Below are positions 11,927 through 20,773 of a stretch of 23,432 bases of DNA, piece after piece. Numbering within the stretch: the first letter of the stretch is position 1; each line of letters starts with the position of its first letter. Under the pieces are notes generated by a model. It saw only the letters and a program-made list of their open reading frames with translations. It did no database searches and was not told the origin of the DNA. The DNA lies in the NCBI RefSeq assembly GCF_006345805.1, contig NW_021836620.1, positions 1-23,432 of the forward strand, given 5' to 3'. This stretch comes from Octopus sinensis. Its lineage: Eukaryota. Both the position numbers and the translations under genes were made by a program.

Positions 11927-11996
11927 GTATATGCATATGTCCAAACATATATGTATATATGTATATGTATTTAATTAGGTAATTATACATACATGC

Positions 11997-12027
<31 letters not shown>

Positions 12028-12214
12028 AGTATGTATGTATATTATTTATATTATTTGATTGAACGCCACGCCTCCATTTCCAAATAATTTTATGTATGTA
12101 TGTATGTATGATGTATTTTTTGTAATATAAACTTCGACAAGTCATTTGCCTATACGAATTCCCACGCAGATCTTTATCTATGTATGCAATTATGAAAGTA
12201 TGTATCTTTATTAT
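11456..12214. repeat. 105-bp inverted repeat pair (11456-11560 / 12110-12214) enclosing about 550 bp
   Basis: Manual alignment gives 8 mismatches in 105 nt with no gaps. Confidence 0.9.
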
Positions 12215-12364
12215 CTGTCTGTCTTTCTATCTCTCTCTCTCTCTCTCCACACACACACATACACATACTCAATTGGTTTCTTCGTTTCCCTGTTTCCTGT
12301 GTACTCAAAAACCAGTTGACTAACTTGAATCTTGTCCATGAATCATTGGTGGCGGTCACGTCTT

Positions 12365-13359
12365 TGGCACCATGAAAAAGTTACAAACACTGTTGTTGAT
12401 CAATGAGAAATAGTAAATTATCCAGTCGAGTCTTTAAACTCATTGGGACTATCAAGTTTACCTCCTGTAAACTTGGTCTGAATCTTGGAGTACCTATTAT
12501 GTTTCTAAGAAATTTGGATTTTCCAAAATTGTATACTGGAACAACACTAATTGGGAAGAAGATGATTTATTTATGCGCCCTTTTAAAGCCTTGCCAGGCT
12601 CAGAGGGCGCAGTTCCCCGGTTTCTATGGCATATGTGTTCCCCCCAACTGGACGGGACGACAGTCCATCGCAGCGTTACTCAAGAAACAGGAAGACAAAA
12701 TGAGAGAAAGTTGGGGCGAAAGAATACTACAGGGGTCGCCACCCCACCCCCTGCCAGAGCCTCGTGGAGCTTTAGGTGTTTTCGCTCAATAAACACACAC
12801 ACAACACCCGGTCTGGGAATTGAAACCGCGATCCTCCGACCGCGAGTCCGCTGCCCTAACCACTGGGCCATTGCGCCTCCACGGAAGATAATGATGCTGT
12901 ATTTTATAGAAGCTACTATATTCTCTGGGTGAGGAACAGGTGATAATGTATTCATTTCAAGAATTCCGTTTATACGTGTAGATCTACCAGTGCAGCTTAA
13001 AAGCGTAAAGTATCCAGTTAGATTAAATTATGCAATGCCTATCAATAAATCTCAGGAACAGACATCATAAGTAAGTGGCTTTCATTTAGAGGAAACTTTA
13101 CGTCTCCCATGGACAGTTGTATGTTGGATGCTCATTAGACTCCAGGGAGAAAATCTCATAATGCTGTATATAAAGAAGTCTTATCATAATTTACTCTATG
13201 TACTTTCTTTTCTAAGTTAACTGTTGTTGATCTCACACAATTTGTAGTAAGGCCAATAATGTTAGAATCATTAATCACAATAAGTATTAAGAATATATAT
13301 CAAGTTTAGAATGAAATTTCATTCTGCATTTTATTCTTTAATCCGGGAACTTCTGCTAA
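12365..13359 (+). pseudogene. Decayed Helitron RepHel C-terminal Pif1-type helicase, split by a SINE, with a probable degenerate Helitron 3' end
   Basis: Manual translation across stops and frameshifts gives NTVVDQ*EIVNYPVESLNSLGLSSLPP / KLGLNLGVPIMFLRNLDFPKLYTGTTLIGKKM [SINE] MLYFIEATIFSG*GTGDNVFISRIPF...YPVRLNYAMPINKSQEQT / SHGQLYVGCS / HNAVYKEVLS* (stop at 13187-13189). CCGGG-AACTT-CTGCTAA lies at 13343-13359. Confidence 0.85.
12567..12882 (-). mobile_element. tRNA-derived SINE, head A + tail Y, inserted in the Helitron helicase
   Basis: Colinear with 4228-4536. 13-bp TSD GGAAGAAGATGAT (12554-12566) / GGAAGATAATGAT (12883-12895), 2 mismatches. Confidence 0.92.
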
Positions 13360-13362
13360 AAC

Positions 13363-14710
13363 ATACATACATCAGGCATTCATGCATACATACATACATT
13401 ACATACATACATACATACAATACATACATACATACATACACACATACATACGTACGTACGTACGTACGTACATAAATACATACATCATACATACATACAT
13501 ACATACATACATCATCATACATACATACATAATAATAATAATAATAATGTTCGTCCTTCGGTTCGAAGATGACCAACTGACATCATCTGATGGAACTGCC
13601 GCCATGAGACCGGAGGTGGCTGGTGAGGCCAATCCGGGCAAGGAAGCCCCTCCCACAGGTGGGGCAGAAGTGGGTAGGGGCAGTGCTACTGGTGCAGGCG
13701 GCTCTGACTTTACGCATCTGACGTTTCTGCTCCGCTGACCGAATCCGTCCCTCCTCGGCTGTCCCTGCTCCCACGGTGATTGCGCTGCGCCAGGATGAGC
13801 GGTTGGCAGCAAGTGTCTCCCAGGTCTCTGTTCCGATGGAGAAGTCTTTGAGAGAGACCTTGAGACTATCCTTGTAGCGCTTTTTCTGCCCTCCGACTTT
13901 GCGCCTACCCTGGCCGAGTTCACCGTAGAAGAGCTGTTTTGGGATGCGAGTGTCGGACATGCGGGAGACGTGGCCCGCCCATCTCAGCTGGGCCTTGCGC
14001 ATGATTGTGATGGTGCTAGGGAGATCTGCCTGCTTCAGAACTTCCGTGTCTGGGACTTTGTCCTGCCAGCGGATGTGAAGGAGATTCCGAAGACACCTGA
14101 GATGGAAGTGGTTTATCTGGCGCTCGTGCCTTCGGTAAGCAGTCCACGTCTCGCAGCCGTATAGTAGGGTGGTAAGCACGACTGCCCGGTAGACTTTCAG
14201 CTTGTGTTTGAGGCTGATTCCTCTCCGCTCCAGACTTTCTTTCGCAGTCTCCCAAACGCGCTGCTTGCCTTGGAGATTCTGTTGATGGTTTCAGCATCTA
14301 TGTTGGCATTGCAGGAGAGAGTGCTGCCCAGGTAGGTGAAGTTTTCCACCACTCGTAGGAGCCGTCCGTTCACCCTTATCCGTTCACATACATACATACA
14401 TACATACATGCATACATACATACATACATGCATACATACATGCATACATTAAATACGTACATACATACATTACATACATCCATTACATACATACATTACA
14501 TACATGCATACATACATACATTACATACATTCATGCATACATACATACATACATGCATACATACATTACATACATACACTACATACATACATACATGCAT
14601 ACATACATACATTACATACATACACTACATACATACACTACATACATACATTTCATACATACATACATACATACATACATACATACATACATACATACAT
14701 ACATACATAC
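13363..14710. repeat. (CATA)n array (13363-13530 and 14386-14710) interrupted by the RTE LINE
   Basis: The same tandem unit is present on both sides of the LINE. Confidence 0.9.
13531..14385 (-). mobile_element. 5'-truncated RTE (BovB-like) LINE: 3' end of ORF2 with a C2H2 zinc finger and an (ATT)6 tail
   Basis: VENFTYLGSTLS, RISKASSAFGRL, TLLYGCETW, QLRWAGHVSRM, PKQLFYGEL and CPTCGRGFLARIGLTSHLRSH. One 1-nt frameshift near 14231. 3' end GTCATCTTCGAACCGAAGGACGAAC-(ATT)n. Confidence 0.95.
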
Positions 14711-14858
14711 TTGTGCATTGCATGTACATTGTCTGTATATATACACATGTAATACAATGTGGAACAGATCAAACAATTAATAATAAATTCTCTGTACGAT
14801 TATATTACAAAACCTTTCTATAGAGCAAGACTGGGTGTATGTTCTTGATATTTAATTA

Positions 14859-14902
14859 CAGTCACTGGACCGTGACCTCCCCGCGCACCGCCTTTTAAGG
14901 TA
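14859..14902 (-). mobile_element. Highly degraded SINE family 2-like 3' tail remnant
   Basis: CAGTCACTGGACCGTGACC...GCACCGCCTTTT resembles the reverse-strand tail CAGTCATTTGACTGCGGCC...GCACCGCCTTT. Confidence 0.4.
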
Positions 14903-15316
14903 TAGACTGCTACAATGAATCAGGCACTCACTTCAATGTCCTGAAAATAATAGCAAAGTGGTCCTGGGTGGTATTTGAATTGGCAACATAAAGGAATATT
15001 ACTACAATTTATCATGTGTTACTGTTTAACTTTAAGTGGGATCTGCTTGAATGGACTTATAATCAAAGCGTTCCAGCTATTTGCAGATGATTGATTCGTG
15101 ATAAAAGTAAGTAAAGCATGACGGTTTGATGAACAAGTTTTTTTAGTTACCATATGGATCCGTGTTTCGTCGCACTGCGAAGCTATGATACCACTTACTT
15201 TGTACCAAAAATCTTTTACCCTCGAGTTAACCATTAAATTGAGAAATATGTGTGCTTGATCTATATTAAACGGAAGCCTTTTCATGCCTAAGGCATTTTT
15301 GCTTTATATGGTATTA

Positions 15317-15498
15317 TTCTTTTGCGCCCTTTTTAAAGCCTAGCCAGGCTCATAGGCCTGGTTTCCAGGTTTCGATGGCGTATGTGTTCCCCAGCCAGTC
15401 CATCGCAGCGTCGCAACGCGTCGCCCGGTCCAGGAATCGAACCCACAATCTTACGATCATGATGCTAACACCCTAACCACTGAGCCACGTGCCTCCAC
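15317..15498 (-). mobile_element. Short tRNA-derived SINE, head B + tail Y (internally deleted)
   Basis: The head aligns to the 6708 copy (..CATGATCGTAAG..GGTTCGATTCC..GGCGACGCGTTG) and the tail to the 4228 and 12567 copies. 14-bp TSD TTTATATGGTATTA (15303-15316) / TTTATCTGGTATTA (15499-15512). Confidence 0.85.
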
Positions 15499-15680
15499 TT
15501 TATCTGGTATTACGACAATCTAATGTGTTTTTAACGGCGATGCAAAATGATTTCACATACCTTTTATCTTTTTAACAGCAATTTCTAAACTATACCTATT
15601 CATATGTGCCTCGTTGCTATAAATCTACACCTATATGTATGTATGTATATATGAATGCATGTATGTGTGTATGCATGTAT

Positions 15681-16091
15681 ACTCTTTCTCTTTTACTCTT
15701 TTACTTGTTTCAGTCATTTGACTGCGGCCATGCTGGAGCACCGCCTTTAATCGAGCAACTCGACCCCGGAACTTATTTTTCTGTAAGCCCAGTACTTATT
15801 CTATCGGTCTCTTTTGCCGAACCGCTAAGTAACGGGGACGTAAACACACCAGCATCGGTTGTCAAGCAATGCTAGGGGGACAATCACAGACACACAAACA
15901 CACACACGCATATATATACATATATACGACGGGCTTCTTTCAGTTTCCGTCTACCAAATCCACTCACAAGGCTTTGGTCGGCCCGAGGCTATAGTAGAAG
16001 ACACTTGCCCAAGGTGCCATGCAGTGGGACTGAACCCGGGACCATGTGGTTGGTAAACAAGCTACTTACCACACAGCCACTCCTGCGCCTA
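15681..16091 (-). mobile_element. SINE family 2 (CORE-type), full length
   Basis: Complete head to tail. Exact 19-bp TSD TATGTGTGTATGCATGTAT at 15662-15680 and 16092-16110 (low-complexity, so partly expected by chance). Confidence 0.95.
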
Positions 16092-16374
16092 TATGTGTGT
16101 ATGCATGTATGCGTATGTATGTGTATGAATATTTTTATGTGTGTATGTATGTGTGTGTGTGAATAGGGAAAAGTATCCACGCAGTACCGTTCGATTATTT
16201 GGTTATAATCTAGGTAATATCTAACCGTATCGAGTTGTACAGATCGCCTAGGCTTATGTGAAGTAAGCAATCTCAATGTATTTCATCCGATGAGTATATC
16301 CTGAGTTCGATTCACTGGATCATAAATGTTTTACCGAGTGTATATTCAGGACAGTTACAATGAATAAGAAAATT

Positions 16375-16793
16375 AGTGGCTGTGTGGTAAGTAGCTTGCT
16401 TACCAACCACATGGTTCCGGGTTCAGTCCCACTGCGTGGCACCTTGGGCAAGTGTCTTCTACTATAGCCTCGGGCCGACCAAAGTCTTGAGAGTGGATTT
16501 GGTAGATGGAAACTGAAAGAAGCCCGTCGTATATATGTATATATATATTATATATATATGCGTGTGTGTGTGTTTGTGTGTCTGTGTTTGTCCCCCTAGC
16601 ATTGCTTGACAACCGATGCTGGTGTGTTTATGTCCCCGTTACTTAGCGGTTCGGCAAAAGAGACCGATAGAAAAAGTACTGGGCTTACAAAAGAATAAGT
16701 CCCGGGGTCGAGTTGCTCGATTAAAGGCGGTGCTCCAGCATGGTCGCAGTCAAATGACTGAAACAAATAAAAGAGTAAAAGAGAGTAAAAGAG
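16375..16793 (+). mobile_element. SINE family 2 (CORE-type), nearly full length
   Basis: AGTGGCTGTGTGGTAAGTAGC through the GAGTAAAAGAG tail; inverted relative to 15681-16091. Confidence 0.95.
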
Positions 16794-17040
16794 TATATGT
16801 TCATATATGATGCAGCACGGAAAGTTGTCAATGAGCCGATTGTGGTCTCAAAGCGACGAAAATATTTTGGCAAATTAAATTTAAATGTTTAAGTGAATGT
16901 AACGGTTTTTGTGTGTTTCTAAAATGACTTATAAACACCTCCCACGCTGCAATTGTTTTCGTTCCAGCACACGATTTCAGAGCAGGTCACTTGCTATGCA
17001 AGGACATCTCCATATATTTTTTTACTTTTGCAATAAATAA

Positions 17041-17170
17041 TACAGCATATTTGATTAAATGTACCAGATGAAAGTTTCTGCTTCAAAGACATCTCACAAG
17101 TTCATTTGCATCCAATTATTTCTATGCAGCAGAACCGTGCGTCGGACACATTTAAATCAAATATGCTGTA
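17041..17170. mobile_element. Miniature Tc1/mariner-type MITE (about 126 bp)
   Basis: TA-CAGCATATTTGATTAAATGT ... ACATTTAAATCAAATATGCTG-TA: about 20-bp TIRs (one 1-nt indel) starting with CAG and flanked by TA. Confidence 0.75.
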
Positions 17171-17252
17171 TAACTGATTGTGCTATAAAAAATATAAAAT
17201 CATGTAGATTTAATAATCTCCGTATTCATTGTTTTATATACACGAGAGGTTG

Positions 17253-17632
17253 TGAAGGCGCAGTGGTTAGGGCAGCGGACTCGCGGACATAGGATCGCGG
17301 TTTCGATTCCCAGACCGGGCGTTGTGAGTGTTTATTGAGCGAAAATACCTAAAGTTCCACGAGGCTCCGGTAGGGGATGGTGATGATCTCTGCTGTACTC
17401 TTTCACCACAACTTTCTCTCACTCTTACTTCCTGTTTTTGTTGTACCTGTATTTCAAAGGGCCGGCCTTGTCACTCTCTGTGTCACGCTGAATATCCCCG
17501 AGAACTACGTTAAGGGTACACGTGTCTGTGGAGTGCTCAGCCACTTACACGTTAATTTCACGAGCAGGCTGTTCCGTTGATTCGGTTCAACCGGAACCCT
17601 CATCGTCGTAACCGACGGAGTGCTTCCATCCC
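17253..17632 (+). mobile_element. tRNA-derived SINE, head A + tail X, inserted in a mariner left end
   Basis: Colinear with 10993-11376, with a small deletion in the A-box region. Exact 15-bp TSD ATACACGAGAGGTTG at 17238-17252 and 17633-17647. Confidence 0.95.
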
Positions 17633-17635
17633 ATA

Positions 17636-17840
17636 CACGAGAGGTTGCTGAAAAGTTCCTGGCTTTCAATAAAAGAAAATACAGGTGGATCAGATAATTA
17701 TGATTTTATTCAACATATTTCCCATACTTATTGCAGCGGTCCTTTCAATGTGTCTAAGCCCTGTAAAAGAACTAGGAAGTTTGGGCCACCAACTAGGCCT
17801 TCGCAATACCCTTAAAGCCAGTAACTTTTCAGTACCCCTC
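17636..17840. mobile_element. Internally deleted mariner-like element
   Basis: Left TIR GAGAGGTTGCTGAAAAGTTCCTGGCTTT (17639-17666) matches the reverse complement of right TIR AAAGCCAGTAACTTTTCAGTACCCCTC (17814-17840). Mariner-style TIR sequence (from recall). Confidence 0.8.
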
Positions 17841-17870
17841 AGATCTGGATTAACATTATATATATATATA

Positions 17871-18076
17871 TATAATGTTAATCCAAACAAGAAATCACAA
17901 AAAAACACAACGACGCGAGGACGTGGAACAAATATAGTATTATTGGACGCTCAGGAAAGAAGGAAAGAAGGAGCGTTTAACGTTTCGAGCGGAGCTCTTC
18001 GTCGGAAACATAGGAGAAGGAAAGGTCCAGAGAAGGGAAGACAGAGGGAAAAAATCGCCAACGGTACACACGCGGT

Positions 18077-18080
<4 letters not shown>
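17871..18080 (-). mobile_element. Penelope-like element terminal (pLTR-type) fragment
   Basis: Carries the GACGAAGAGC..GCTCGAAACGTT hammerhead-like motif typical of Penelope ends, and begins at an inverted duplication (17846-17885). No ORF is present, so the family call is inferred. Confidence 0.55.
17975..18009 (-). ncRNA. Minimal type I hammerhead ribozyme-like motif with a U4C core change
   Basis: The minus strand reads GUUU-CCGACGA-A-GAGC-ucc-GCUC-GAAA-CG-U-U-AAAC: stem I, core, stem II and a palindromic ACGU stem III. Confidence 0.55.
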
Positions 18081-18125
<45 letters not shown>

Positions 18126-18204
18126 GGTCGTGTGCATACGTGCATATATATGTATGTATACGTTCGTATATGTAAGTATGTCGTATGTTGTATATATATA
18201 TATA

Positions 18205-18252
18205 TTTTTCTCTAGTTTCAGCTCAGAGCCGTGGCCATGCTGATGCACCGCC
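18205..18252 (-). mobile_element. SINE family 2-like 3' tail variant remnant
   Basis: The minus strand reads GGCGGTGCATCAGCATGGCCACGGCTCTGAGCTGAAACTAGAGAAAAA. Confidence 0.65.
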
Positions 18253-18623
18253 GTTTTGTTACACTGTTATTACTAAGAGCCTCCTCTAATATGTGGCACT
18301 TGGTGAAGCATGGAGTTTGATATAGCTACCCTCATTTGCACCTCTTGCCGTGAGGTTGGTTCATCTCTGACTCTCGACAGGAACAGGTCCAAATATATAT
18401 ATTTGTATTTATGTGCTGGGTGTATTCCACTGATGAAGGCAAAGCATTTCTTATGCAAATCCAGATATCCGGGATCTAGAATTAACCAGTAATTATTTTG
18501 CTAGTTTATTTTGTCTCTTCGTCTTCGCTCCTGGTGTTGTATAAACAGTTAATGTGGTTTTAGAGTCAAATCTTGACTTCTATTTCCAGCGTGATACCCT
18601 AAATTTAGATACCCTAAATAATA

Positions 18624-18691
<68 letters not shown>

Positions 18692-18731
18692 CTCACAAGC
18701 ACACATACATAAATCGGTGTATTTCCTATAG

Positions 18732-18985
18732 CAATCACATACGATGTCACCGCTCAAGATAACCTTCCAATCTTTACTCCACCTGCTCCCTCTGCCGAAC
18801 CTGCTGTCCCTGCCCCCCCACCTGCTGCTCCTGCGGCTCCTGCTGCTGCAGCTGTTCCTGTTACCGACGTTACAGCTACTTTTGCCGGTGTTGTCGCTAT
18901 TCTTACAGTCTTTATCACTGACTCATTCATTATCGCTGTTAAGCTTCTGGAAAACACATTTGCTTGCAATTGGACACCAAGCTGA
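18732..18985 (+). other. Possible terminal exon-like open frame (Pro/Ala-rich segment followed by a hydrophobic segment), or a decayed triplet repeat
   Basis: The frame is open from 18713 to 18985 without an ATG. It follows ATTTCCTATAG (a weak acceptor) and reads AITYDVTAQDNLPIFTPPAPSAEPAVPAPPPAAPAAPAAAAVPVTDVTATFAGVVAILTVFITDSFIIAVKLLENTFACNWTPS*. Confidence 0.2.
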
Positions 18986-19304
18986 TAATATGCTCATCAC
19001 ATAACTACGAAGCTCGTCAGGCTTTTTTGTATTTTTGCTATATTTCATTCTTTCTCCCCCACATTTCCATACCACTGAATATATGCTACTTATTGCAATA
19101 ATATATAAGGGTTTTCTTTCATTATTTTTGTTGTTGTTACATTGTAATATATTTGTCAGGTGCGTAAGATGGTCATAAATCAAAATGATTGTGTCATGGC
19201 TTCCTTTTTTCTTTCTAATACGTTTGTAAATCTGTTTCTAAACGGGTATCGAAACCGTGGCGAACGTATCACGTCTATTTTTCAGTTCGCTGAAAATCTA
19301 CTAC

Positions 19305-19323
19305 TACTACTACAACCACCACC

Positions 19324-19369
<46 letters not shown>

Positions 19370-19461
19370 GCACCAATACTACTACTACTACAAACACCAC
19401 CACCACCACCAATACTACTACTACTACTACTACTACTACTAGATGTAGTAGTAGTAGTAGT
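19305..19461. repeat. (CTA/CCA)n array ending in an inverted (GTA)n run
   Basis: Tandem units visible directly. Confidence 0.9.
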
Positions 19462-19548
19462 TACATATTGCGTTATCCTAGATGACATCTAAAACGAAAT
19501 ATGAAACTAGCAAGCGGGGTGTCTCATTATTAAAGTACAGAATAAGTC

Positions 19549-19800
19549 GGTAAGCTGGCAGAATCATTAGCATAACGAACGCTGATGCTTAGTGGTATTT
19601 CACATTCTGAGTTCAAATTCCGTAGAGGGTGACAATACCTTTCATCTCTTTCGCAATCGATAAAATAAGTACCAGTTGAGTACTGGGTCAATGTAACGGG
19701 CGATAAAATATGTACTAGTTGAGCACTGTGGTTCGATATAAAAGTGCAGACCCCGCCCCAGAATTTTTCAAACCTTGTGCCTATAGTACAAAGGAATATT
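19549..19800 (+). mobile_element. SINE family 1, diverged, with an internal 43-bp tandem duplication
   Basis: AGCTGGCAGAATC head and GAGTTCAAATTCC B-box. CGATAAAATA.GTAC.AGTTGAG.ACTG occurs at 19658 and 19701. The tail CTTGTGCCTATAGTACAAAGGA resembles that of the 1580 copy. Confidence 0.8.
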
Positions 19801-19976
19801 TGAAAACTATTTAATAAGCAGGTCAAGCATACATATAGGAATCTCCTTGTTGTATCGTGAAGTACAGAAGTAATTTAGAATCTTGGTGAAATGAGTTACA
19901 GCATATAAGAATAAGATGACATAATGAATAAAACAAAAGAAAAAAAGAAATAAAATTTATGGTCATAAAATAAACA

Positions 19977-20046
<70 letters not shown>

Positions 20047-20069
20047 TGTATGTATGCATGTATATGTAT

Positions 20070-20100
<31 letters not shown>

Positions 20101-20101
<1 letters not shown>

Positions 20102-20326
20102 CTTTTACTCTTTTATTTGTTTCTGTCATTTGACTGCTGCCATGCTGGGGCACCGCCTTTAGTCGAGCAAATCGACCCCAGGACTTATTCTTTGTAAGGC
20201 TAGTACTTATTCTATCGTTCTGTTTTGCCGAACCGCTAAGTCACGGGGACGTAAACACACCAGCATCGGTTGTCAAGCGATGTTGCGAGGGGGACAAACA
20301 CAGACACACATACAAATATATATATA
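20101..20326 (-). mobile_element. SINE family 2, 3' half, ending at the internal (TA)n spacer
   Basis: Colinear with the 3' half of 15681-16091. Confidence 0.92.
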
Positions 20327-20709
20327 TCTCTATATATAAACGGCAGTTTGTCTGTGCGTGTTTCTGTGTGTCTGTTTTCTCGTACCCTCACCCTGACCAC
20401 GGCTTTCAACCGATTCTGATGAAACTTGACACACGCATAGCCCAATGTCATAATTCAAAACTAACGCAGCGAAAATTTTGAAAAGTTCCCCCAGTTCTGA
20501 AAAAAATCGATAAATTCGACATGGGGTCGAGAATCAGAAACCCAAACCACAGACCGTCTAGGGGACGCAACTCCACCTTTTTTAACTCTCAAAAAAAATT
20601 TACCATCATTTTTTTCCCATTTTTTTGCTATTTTTTGGCTATAACTCTCTAAAAATGCTTTATAGTTATTTCCCTTACAAACCTGAGCAACGCCGGGCGA
20701 TACTGCTAG
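20327..20709 (+). mobile_element. Complete non-autonomous Helitron (383 bp)
   Basis: Starts A|TCTCTATATATAAA and ends CCTGAGCAACGCCGGG-CGATA-CTGCTAG|T: TC...CTAG termini, A/T target, no TSD, subterminal hairpin. Confidence 0.88.
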
Positions 20710-20773
20710 TATATATATATATATATATAAGCATTTTTAAATCTTTGAATGAGATGTAAACAGTAATCGCTCG

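Noticed and set aside
12403-12792. 129-aa ORF
   Set aside because: It is a chimera of one Helitron helicase frame running into an antisense SINE, not a gene.
13399-14297. Overlapping 174, 118, 93 and 64 aa ORFs around the RTE element
   Set aside because: They are alternative-frame or antisense shadows of a GC-rich LINE ORF.
15039-15096. Plus-strand peptide GICLNGLIIKAFQLFADD* resembling an RT FADD motif
   Set aside because: It is short, stops immediately after the motif, and the flanks show no other RT motifs, so it is probably chance. The minus-strand 88-aa ORF at 15019-15285 also has no recognisable motif.
18428-18455. CTGATGAAGGCAAAGC hammerhead-like start
   Set aside because: There is no downstream GAAA and no stem I or III. 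The same applies to the CTGATGA/CTGACGA hits near 5891, 10918 and 19014 on the minus strand.
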